In this document: piece after piece, positions 56,918-64,000 of the stretch
Layout: every line of letters begins with the position of its first letter
Position numbering within the stretch: the first letter of the stretch is position 1
Assembly (NCBI GenBank): GCA_963775225.1
Contig: CAVZHW010000005.1
Location: 21,612-85,611, forward strand
DNA: 64,000 nt
Direction of reading: 5' to 3'
Source of the DNA: an uncultured Chloroflexia bacterium
GTDB lineage: Bacteria; Chloroflexota; Limnocylindria; Limnocylindrales; CSP1-4
The notes under the pieces: model-generated
What the model was told of the DNA's origin: nothing
Seen by the model: the letters and a program-made list of their open reading frames with translations, nothing else
Databases searched by the model: none
Position numbers and translations under genes: made by a program

Positions 56918-58214
56918 CGATCGCTACGACGTGCTGGTCGTCGGCGCGGGCTCGGCCGGCTCGTCGGCTGCCATCAGCACGGCGCGATCGGGGGCGCGGA
57001 CGCTGCTGGTCGACCGGCTCGGCTTTCTGGGTGGTACCTCGACCGCGGTGCTCGACACGTTCTATGCCTTCTACACGCCTGGCGCGAACCCGCGCCGGGT
57101 GGTCGGCGGGCTCGGCTGGGAGGTGGTCCAGCGAATGGTCGACGCCGGGTTGTGCTTCGAGCGACCGAACACCTACGGCTCGGGCACCGGCGTGACCTAC
57201 GACCAGGAAACACTCAAGCTCGTCTGGGAGCGGCTGGCGCAGGACGCGGGCGTGGACCTGTTGCTGCACACGTGGGCGACCGGTGTTCGCGTCAGTGAAG
57301 GCCGTGTCGGCGCTGTTCGTACCTGGAACAAGGGTGGCGAGCGGTGGATCGAGGCCGGCGTGGTCGTGGACGCATCGGGCGACGCGGACGTCAGCGCGAT
57401 GGCCGGCGCGGAGTATGAAGATGCCGCCGCGCAGGGCCGGGTGCAGTCACTGTCGACCCTCTTTCGCCTCGCCAACGTCGACGTGGAAGGCGCCGCGCAG
57501 ACAAAGAAGCAGGAGCTCTGGGCGCTGATGCGCGAGGCGGCTGCCAGTGGCGATTATCACCTGCCACGGCTCGAGGGTTCTTGGCACCACACCCCGTTCG
57601 CGGGCGTGGTGATGGTGCACATGACGCGCATCCCGAACGTTGACGCGACCAACCCGGTCGCCCTGACGCATGCCGAGATCGAGGGTCGTCGCCAGGTGCG
57701 CGAGTATCACCGCTTCCTGCGCGACCGCGTGCCCGGCTTCGAGCGATCGGTGGTGATTGGCACGAGTCCGTCGATCGGAGTGCGCGAATCGCGGCGGGTC
57801 ATCGGCGATTACCAGCTGACCCGCGCGGACGTGCTGTCGGCGCGCCGCTTCGAGGACGAAATCGCGTTATGCGGCGCGCCGATCGAGGATCACGGACCGG
57901 GCGGCGACACGGAGTGGCAGTACGTCACCGGTGGCGCGGCATATGGCATCCCGTATCGAACGCTGCTGCCGCGCGGCGTCGAGGGGCTGCTCGTCGCGGG
58001 GCGCTGCTTCAGCGCAACCCATGACGCGCACGCTTCCGCGCGCTCGATGGCCACGTGCATGGCCATGGGCCAGGCGGCGGGCACCGCAGCCGCGCTGGCG
58101 GTCGAAGCGGCCTGCCAACCGCGCCAGATCGCGGTCGACGAGTTGCGCGCGCGGCTGCTCGCAGCGGGAGCACTGCTCGAGCCGCTGGAGCCGCGGTCGG
58201 AGGCGAGCTCCTAG
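56910..58214 (+). CDS. FAD-dependent oxidoreductase
   Basis: The ATG at 56910 gives MPDDRYDVLVVGAGSAGSSAAISTARSGARTLLVDR (GxGxxG dinucleotide fold). 8-nt overlap with the upstream gene. Confidence 0.8.
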   Translation: MPDDRYDVLVVGAGSAGSSAAISTARSGARTLLVDRLGFLGGTSTAVLDTFYAFYTPGANPRRVVGGLGWEVVQRMVDAGLCFERPNTYGSGTGVTYDQETLKLVWERLAQDAGVDLLLHTWATGVRVSEGRVGAVRTWNKGGERWIEAGVVVDASGDADVSAMAGAEYEDAAAQGRVQSLSTLFRLANVDVEGAAQTKKQELWALMREAAASGDYHLPRLEGSWHHTPFAGVVMVHMTRIPNVDATNPVALTHAEIEGRRQVREYHRFLRDRVPGFERSVVIGTSPSIGVRESRRVIGDYQLTRADVLSARRFEDEIALCGAPIEDHGPGGDTEWQYVTGGAAYGIPYRTLLPRGVEGLLVAGRCFSATHDAHASARSMATCMAMGQAAGTAAALAVEAACQPRQIAVDELRARLLAAGALLEPLEPRSEASS

Positions 58215-59332
58215 CGCGAAATGCGGGCGCTGCCGCCGCGGGCGACCCGTTCCACGTCGGCCAGGGTCGCCATCGAAGTGTCGCCCGGGGTGGTCATCGC
58301 CAGCGCCCCATGCGCCGCGCCGAGCTCGACTGCGCGCTGGACGCCCTGCTCGGTCAGCAGGCCGTAGATCAGGCCGGACGCGAAGCTGTCGCCCCCGCCG
58401 ATCCGGTCGTAGATCTCGAGGTCGCGGCGCAACGGAGCAAGGTAGGACTGATTGCCCCAGCGAACGAGCGCGCTCCAGTCGTTGCGCGAGGCGCTGGTCG
58501 CCCTGCGCAGAGTCACGGCCGCCAGGTGCAGCTGTGGCAGGTCGGTCATGACCTGGGCGAGCATCGCGTCGTAGGCGTCCATGTCCAGCTCGGTGAAGTC
58601 GTCGTCGAGGCCGCGGACCTGAGCGCCGAGGGCCGCGACGTAGTCCTCCTCGTTGCCCACCAGTACATCGGCCAGCCGGACGAGCTCCCGGTTGACCTCG
58701 CGCGCCTTCGCGGCGCCGCCGTTCTGCTGCCATAGTGATGCGCGGTAGTTCAGGTCGTAGGAAACGGTCGTGCCGGCGGCGCGCGCCGCCGCCATGGCCT
58801 CCCGCGCAACTTGCGGCGTAGTGCCCGACAGTGCGGCGAAGATGCCGCCGGTGTGAAACCAGCGAGCCTTTTCCGCCTCGAAGATGGCTGTCCAGTCAAC
58901 CTCGCCCGGCTTGAGCTGCGCGACGGCGGTCATGCCGCGGTCGGCGACACCCACGCCGCCGCGTACTCCGAAGCCACGCTCGGTGAAGTTGAGCCCATTG
59001 CGGACGGTCCGGCCGACACCATCGAACGGTACCCAGCGCACGTGCGCCTGATCCACGCCGCCCTGGTTGATCAGGTCCTCGGCCAGCCGCCCGACCGCGT
59101 TGTCGGCAAAAGCCGTGACGATCGTCGTCGGCAGCCCGAAGCAGCGACGCAACCCACGCGCGACGTTGTACTCGCCGCCACCCTCCCAGACTCGGAATTC
59201 GCGCGCCGTCGACACCCGCACATCGCCGGGATCGAGGCGCAACATCACCTCGCCCAGGGCGACCAGCGCCCAACGGCACTCGTCCGCCGGCCGCAGATCA
59301 AGCACTCGCGCGGGCTGCTGCGTCCCGCTCAC
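58211..59332 (-). CDS. kdgK: PfkB-family sugar kinase, 2-dehydro-3-deoxygluconokinase-like
   Basis: ALGEVMLRLDPG...GGGEYNVARGL... and the C-terminal GGGDSFASGLIYGLL. Coupled to the eda-like gene by a 4-nt overlap. Confidence 0.75.
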   Translation of the reverse strand: MSGTQQPARVLDLRPADECRWALVALGEVMLRLDPGDVRVSTAREFRVWEGGGEYNVARGLRRCFGLPTTIVTAFADNAVGRLAEDLINQGGVDQAHVRWVPFDGVGRTVRNGLNFTERGFGVRGGVGVADRGMTAVAQLKPGEVDWTAIFEAEKARWFHTGGIFAALSGTTPQVAREAMAAARAAGTTVSYDLNYRASLWQQNGGAAKAREVNRELVRLADVLVGNEEDYVAALGAQVRGLDDDFTELDMDAYDAMLAQVMTDLPQLHLAAVTLRRATSASRNDWSALVRWGNQSYLAPLRRDLEIYDRIGGGDSFASGLIYGLLTEQGVQRAVELGAAHGALAMTTPGDTSMATLADVERVARGGSARISR

Positions 59333-59988
59333 GACCGGACGCCGGCCGGCGACGGCCTGAGCCTGTGCGCTAATGCCACGGCCTCCTGCACGCGCGCTGT
59401 GATCCCGGCGAAGTCTCCCGACTTGAGCAGCGCCGTCGGCGCCATCCAGCTGCCGCCGACGGCAAGCACCTGTGGTACGGCGAAGTAGTCCGCCAGCACC
59501 TGTGCGTCGATGCCGCCGCTGGGAATGAAGCGGAACGATCTGAACGGAGCGCTGAGGGCCTTGAGGTAGGCAGCACCGCCGGCGGCCTGGGCCGGGAAGA
59601 ACTTCACGACCTCCAGGCCGGCCGATCGCGCCGTCAGCAGCTCGGTCGGCGTCATCACGCCCGGCAGAACCGGGATCTCGCGTGACTGGCAGTGCTTGAC
59701 GACCGTCACGTCAAAGCCGGGCGACACGATGAAGCGCGCCCCGGCGCCGATCGCGATGTCGGCCTGTTCGACGCTCAGCACCGTGCCCGCGCCGAGCATG
59801 AGCTGCGGTCGCTGGGCGCCGATGCGGCGCAACGAGGCGGCCGCCGCGGGCGTTCGAAAGGTGACCTCGAGACATGGCAATCCGCCCTCGATGAGCGCAT
59901 CGGCGAGTGGCAGCGCGGCGTCCTCGCTGGGGATCTCGATCACCGGCACGAGCAGCAGTTCGCCCAGTTGCCGGAAGACGGCATCCAT
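59329..59988 (-). CDS. eda: KDPG / 4-hydroxy-2-oxoglutarate aldolase
   Basis: LLVPVIEI...LPCLEVTFRTPAA...GAGTVLS...FIVSPG...VKFFPA...FIPSGGI. Confidence 0.85.
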   Translation of the reverse strand: MDAVFRQLGELLLVPVIEIPSEDAALPLADALIEGGLPCLEVTFRTPAAAASLRRIGAQRPQLMLGAGTVLSVEQADIAIGAGARFIVSPGFDVTVVKHCQSREIPVLPGVMTPTELLTARSAGLEVVKFFPAQAAGGAAYLKALSAPFRSFRFIPSGGIDAQVLADYFAVPQVLAVGGSWMAPTALLKSGDFAGITARVQEAVALAHRLRPSPAGVRS

Positions 59989-60062
59989 GTGACTAGGATG
60001 CTCCGACGGCCGGCGCGCCGTGCGACAGATCCGGCTCGCCTGCGGCGCTTAGGCTAATCGGC

Positions 60063-60872
60063 ATGAATCGTTTCGCCGGGCAGGTCTGCCTGGTCACCGG
60101 CACGACCGGCATTGCCGCCGCGGCCGCTCGAGCACTGGCCGCGGAGGGTGGGCACGTCTTCGTCGCGTCGCGCAACGGCGACCATGTCGAGGCGCTGGTG
60201 CGCGAACTGGGCGATGCAGCTGGCCTGGCGGCCGACCTTACGCACGAGGATGGCGTCCAGTCGGTCGTCGACGCCTGCGTCGCGCGCTATGGCCGGCTCG
60301 ATTGCGCGTACAACGTGGCCGGCATCAGCGCGCGTCGCTTTGGCGATGGCCCGCTGCACGAGATGACGCTCGATGGCTGGCGCGCCGCGATCGACAACAA
60401 CGCGACGAGCATCTTCCTCGTCTGCCGCGCCGTGGCCAGGCAGATGCTCACCCAGGAGCCCACGGTAGATGGGTCGCGCGGCACGATCCTGAACATGTCC
60501 AGCGCCATCGCCCAGCATCCGGAGGCGCGTCACTTCGTCACTCACGGCTACGCCGCCAGCAAGGGGGCCATCGAGGCCTTCTCGCGCTCGCTGGCGGCCT
60601 ACTACGCGCCGCACCGGATCCGCGTCAACGTCATCGCGCCCGGATTGGTCGCTACGCCGATGAGCCGCAGAGCGCAGGATGACGCCGAGATCATGGCCTA
60701 TGTCGCGCGCAAGCAGCCGCTGGCCGGCGGCGCGCTGACGCCCGAGGACATGGTCGGCACGGCCCTCTATCTACTGTCCGACGACGCACGGATGGTCACC
60801 GGCCAGGTCGTCGCCGTCGACGGCGGCTGGGCGCTGAGTGACGCCCTAACGGACTCAGGCGCGGCCGGCTGA
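60063..60872 (+). CDS. Short-chain dehydrogenase/reductase (SDR)
   Basis: CLVTGTTGIAAAAARALAAEG, NMSSA, YAASKGA (YxxxK). Confidence 0.85.
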   Translation: MNRFAGQVCLVTGTTGIAAAAARALAAEGGHVFVASRNGDHVEALVRELGDAAGLAADLTHEDGVQSVVDACVARYGRLDCAYNVAGISARRFGDGPLHEMTLDGWRAAIDNNATSIFLVCRAVARQMLTQEPTVDGSRGTILNMSSAIAQHPEARHFVTHGYAASKGAIEAFSRSLAAYYAPHRIRVNVIAPGLVATPMSRRAQDDAEIMAYVARKQPLAGGALTPEDMVGTALYLLSDDARMVTGQVVAVDGGWALSDALTDSGAAG

Positions 60873-63032
60873 CGCCTCCGCCTCGCGCGTCCGTCCGGCG
60901 AGGCGGATCAGGTCCTCGTGCAGCTCGAACCAGACACCGTGGTAGCTGTCGACACGGGGCGACGCCACGAAACGCTGGTCAGTCCTGGCCAGCTCTGCCG
61001 CGCGTGCCAGGCGGCGGCGATAGGTGCCCAAGCGGGCGACGGCCGGCAACGATGAGAGCCAGGCGCCTATCTCGCCATCAAGAGCGCCGAGCGAGTCGAG
61101 CACCTGCGCGTCGTACGCCGGATCGCTGTGGTCGTTGAGCGCCTGCTCGCCGTTCACCGAGCGCACCTGCCAGGCCGTCACGATGTCCTTCATGCTCAGG
61201 TCGAACGGATGGAAGTCCTCGAGTGCCGCGCCGGCACGCGCCGCGCCGACCGTCGCGCGGTCGGCCGCGAACAGCTCGGCCGCGGCCACCTTGCCGGCCG
61301 CCGTCGGACGCCACTGACCGGCGGCGGCCTCCACCTGGCTGTCCACCACCAGGCCGTCGAGCAGGGGCTGTACGTCGGCCGGCGCAGCGAGTAGTGAATC
61401 GGCCAGCTGCTCGGCCGTGGCGGTGCCCTTGAGCGCGAGGGTGCGCAGCACGTCCTGCGCGCTTATCGGTGCCGACGCTGCGCCATCGCCGGCAGTTGGT
61501 TGCTCGACCTCAGCCTGCGCAGCCGCCGCCGGACCGCCGACTTCTACGCCCAACTCGGACGCCCACTCGACCAGCGTCGCCGCTTCCGGCGCCACCTGCC
61601 ACGAACCCGGCACTTCCCCGGCGAACACCTCGCCGGTGCTGCCGTCGATGGTGATCCGCTCGCCGATCCGAAACGAGCGATCGCCGATGCCGACGCCGCC
61701 AGCCGTCAGCCGGACCGCCTCGGCGCCGACGACCGCGGGGATGCCCCAGCCGCGCGCGACGACTGCCGCGTGGCTGGCCAGCCCGCCGCGCGCCGTGAGC
61801 ACGCCCGCCGACCTGGCCATGCCCGGCACGTCCTCCGGTGAGGTGTCCTCGCGCACGAGGATCACCGCCTCTCCCCGCGCGGCCGACTCCTCGGCCGCCG
61901 CCGGCGAGGTCACGATTGCCCCGCCCGCGAGGCCGGGCGACGCGGGCAGGCCGGTCGCGATCGGCGGCTGTGAATCCGTGGCGCGGACGAATACGCGTGG
62001 CGGATCGATCAGCAGTGCCGCGACCCGACGCACGGCGTCGGCGCGTGACACTGGGAAGGACTGGTCCCGCCCCATGTCGATCGCGATGCGCAGCGCCGCT
62101 CGCGGGCTGCGCTTGCCCACGCGGACCTGGAGCAGCCACAGCCGCCCGGCCTCGATGGTGAACTCGATGTCACACAGGTCGGCGTAGTGGCGCTCAAGCG
62201 CGGTCGCGTATTCGTTCAGCTGCCCGCTAACGGCCGGCAGCCGCTCGGCCAGGGCGCTCAGTGGCTGCGTGGCGTGTCCGCCGGCGACCACATCCTCGCC
62301 CTGCGCGTCGAACATGATGTCGCCGTAGGGCACGTTCTCGCCGGTCGACGGGTTGCGCGTGAACATCACGCCGGTACCCGACGTCGCGCCGCGATTCCCG
62401 AACACCATCGCCTGCACGGTCACCGCCGTGCCGAGATCGTCGGCGATCCCTTCACGCGCACGGTACGCGCGCGCCCGCTGGCTGTTCCACGAGAGGAAGA
62501 CTGCCTCGACCGCGTTGCGCAGCTGCAGCCACGGATCGTCGGGCACCGCGCCCGTGCCGATAACGTCGCGATACCCCTCATTGAAGCGGCGCAGGCAGTC
62601 GCTGGCGAACGGGTTGCCGCCGCTGCTGGCCCGTGCCAGACCGGCTGCCGTTGCCTCATTCAATCCGAGGTTCAGGATCGTGTCCATCATGCCCGGCATC
62701 GACACCGGCGCGCCGGAGCGGACGCTGACGAGCAGCGGGTCGGTCGCGTCACCAAATTGACGGCCGACGCGTTCGCCCAGGCGCAGCATGTGTTCGCGTA
62801 GCTCGCGCGCAAGGCCCGCCGGCCACTCCCCGCCGAGATAGGCACGGCACGCCTCTGTCGTGACGATGAAGCCGGGCGGCACCGGCAGTCCCAGTTCCGA
62901 CGCCATCACGACGAGGTTCGCGCCCTTGCCGCCGAGCAGCGCCACGCGCTCGCCGGCAGGCAGGTCGGGCGGCGCGTCGAAGTCGTAAACCAGGCGGCGA
63001 ACGGAAGGCTCCATGCTCCAGTGGATTATCAT
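60855..63032 (-). CDS. PEP-utilising-enzyme-like protein: PPDK-type N-terminal nucleotide-binding domain plus phospho-His swivel domain, with no recognisable C-terminal PEP/pyruvate TIM-barrel
   Basis: LLGGKGANLVVMASELGLPVPPGFIVTTEACRAY. Swivel block GGLASHAAVVARGWGIPAVVG. The last ~250 aa are Ala-rich and unlike the usual PEP-utilizers_C domain. An alternative start, MEPSVRRLVYDF, lies at 63014. Confidence 0.75.
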   Translation of the reverse strand: MIIHWSMEPSVRRLVYDFDAPPDLPAGERVALLGGKGANLVVMASELGLPVPPGFIVTTEACRAYLGGEWPAGLARELREHMLRLGERVGRQFGDATDPLLVSVRSGAPVSMPGMMDTILNLGLNEATAAGLARASSGGNPFASDCLRRFNEGYRDVIGTGAVPDDPWLQLRNAVEAVFLSWNSQRARAYRAREGIADDLGTAVTVQAMVFGNRGATSGTGVMFTRNPSTGENVPYGDIMFDAQGEDVVAGGHATQPLSALAERLPAVSGQLNEYATALERHYADLCDIEFTIEAGRLWLLQVRVGKRSPRAALRIAIDMGRDQSFPVSRADAVRRVAALLIDPPRVFVRATDSQPPIATGLPASPGLAGGAIVTSPAAAEESAARGEAVILVREDTSPEDVPGMARSAGVLTARGGLASHAAVVARGWGIPAVVGAEAVRLTAGGVGIGDRSFRIGERITIDGSTGEVFAGEVPGSWQVAPEAATLVEWASELGVEVGGPAAAAQAEVEQPTAGDGAASAPISAQDVLRTLALKGTATAEQLADSLLAAPADVQPLLDGLVVDSQVEAAAGQWRPTAAGKVAAAELFAADRATVGAARAGAALEDFHPFDLSMKDIVTAWQVRSVNGEQALNDHSDPAYDAQVLDSLGALDGEIGAWLSSLPAVARLGTYRRRLARAAELARTDQRFVASPRVDSYHGVWFELHEDLIRLAGRTREAEASAGRA

Positions 63033-63083
63033 CGATCATCGATAGTCGGACCGCGGGGGAGAGTCGGACCGGAGGGCAAGGTG

Positions 63084-64000
63084 ATGGCGGTCGAAGCGCA
63101 GGTCGATACGCAGCAGGAGTCGCAGCCGGTGGCCGGCGGCGAGCCCGTCCTCGACCAGTTCCTGGGTGACGATTCGTTTCCCGTCGAGTGGCGCTCAGAG
63201 CGCGAAAAGCAGCTCTTCTGGGTCTTCGACGACCTCCACTGCCCGCACCCGCTGAGCCCCATGTTCGAGGAGATTGGCGGCTGGTGGCTTTCCTGTGACC
63301 ACATGTTCCGCCGCTTCGGCACCCCGTTCGCGGCCGACTGGATCATCAAGAACGTCAACGGCTACCTGTACACCGCCGCGGTGCCGGCCGAGCCTGACTG
63401 GAAGGTCGATGCGATGGAGTACGGCGCCCGTTACGGGGCGCGCGTCCCGCTCGATCCGGCCTATGGCGCGCGGATCGGCAAGTACCTCGACGTGACGCTG
63501 CCGGTGTATGGCGCCCACTTCGCCGATTGGTGGCGCGACCGGCTGGTGCCCGAGATGCAGCACAACTTCGATTACCTCGAAGCGCGTCTCGACCGGCAGG
63601 ACGAGATGAGCCTGGCCGACCTGGCCGTGCTGCTCGAGGACGCAATCGACATCCACGACCGGCACTGGAAGATCCACTGGATGCTCAACTTCGCGCAGCT
63701 CTCGGCGACGCTGAACCTGCGCGCCGTGATGCACAAGACGCACGGCGAGGTCGACGACGCGCTCCTCGGCCGGCTGCAGAACAGCGCCGACGACCGGAAC
63801 TGGGATTCGATCCGGTCGCTGTGGGAGATGAAGGAGGAGGCCAAGTCGGATGCCGAGTTGTCGGCCGCCTTTGCGCTCGAGACTGCGGCACAGATCATCG
63901 CTGCGCTCCAAGGCAGTGGGCGAGGCCGGCGCTTCATCGCCGAGAAGATCAAGCCGTATCAAACGGAGTTCGGCTGGCACGCGGTGTGGAGCCACGAGTT
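63084..64000 (+). CDS. Conserved hypothetical protein (partial, continues past the right edge); possible partner of the divergent PEP-utilising-like gene
   Basis: Absent from the track because it has no stop in the window. My translation from the ATG at 63084 (GGAGGG 7 nt upstream) is open to position 64000: MAVEAQVDTQQESQPVAGGEPVLDQFLGDDSFPVEWRSEREKQLFWVFDDLHCPHPLSPMFEEIGGWW... Confidence 0.6.
   Translation, partial: MAVEAQVDTQQESQPVAGGEPVLDQFLGDDSFPVEWRSEREKQLFWVFDDLHCPHPLSPMFEEIGGWWLSCDHMFRRFGTPFAADWIIKNVNGYLYTAAVPAEPDWKVDAMEYGARYGARVPLDPAYGARIGKYLDVTLPVYGAHFADWWRDRLVPEMQHNFDYLEARLDRQDEMSLADLAVLLEDAIDIHDRHWKIHWMLNFAQLSATLNLRAVMHKTHGEVDDALLGRLQNSADDRNWDSIRSLWEMKEEAKSDAELSAAFALETAAQIIAALQGSGRGRRFIAEKIKPYQTEFGWHAVWSHE

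Overview
High-GC (roughly 68-70%) bacterial chromosomal window with Actinomycetota- or Chloroflexota-like coding style. I recognised no rRNA, tRNA, CRISPR array, transposase or integrase. All function calls rest on motif and architecture recognition by eye; no searches were run.

Contractile injection system (1-12.3 kb): a compact phage-tail-like CIS/eCIS core.
- Minus-strand operon: sheath, tube, 143-aa and 52-aa assembly ORFs, Pro-rich tape-measure-position protein, second tube-like protein, LysM protein, VgrG/gpD spike, PAAR-like tip, gp25-like protein, and a baseplate-J-like gene that runs off the left edge and is absent from the ORF track.
- Divergent plus-strand operon: DUF4255 tail terminator, then AAA+ ATPase.

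Cargo island (12.3-23.8 kb):
- Three very large proteins (1171, 735 and 993 aa), each carrying an HExxH zincin signature.
- Each is followed by a small ORF overlapping it by 4 nt.
- A stand-alone DUF4157 protein sits among them, and a LuxR-type regulator lies just upstream of the 993-aa gene.

Most interesting observations:
- A short N-terminal motif, [LV]Q-x-x-AG[ND], is shared by all four cargo-island proteins and by the tape-measure-position protein. That protein also carries eight [LV]QR triplets.
- A textbook -1 frameshift configuration sits at the junction of the 143-aa and 52-aa ORFs: a G_GGG_GGA heptamer, a 4-nt spacer and a perfect 12-bp hairpin. This position corresponds to P2 E/E' and lambda G/GT.

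Cell-envelope island (24.6-32.4 kb):
- Tandem lipoprotein paralogs.
- A bitopic membrane protein with apparently cytoplasmic beta-sandwich domains.
- A secreted protein with six Cys-bracketed Ig-like repeats.
- Two zinc-ribbon membrane proteins.

The remaining 32-64 kb looks like ordinary housekeeping and metabolism:
- F420/LLM oxidoreductase, GrpB, VOC, aminotransferase, CN-hydrolase.
- A Zn-ribbon adenylate cyclase-STAND-TPR giant.
- A two-component system and an ApbE / ferric-reductase / ferredoxin / FNR operon.
- A UvrD-type helicase-nuclease and a YihY protein.
- A KDG/KDPG sugar-acid cluster and PEP-utilising-enzyme-like genes.
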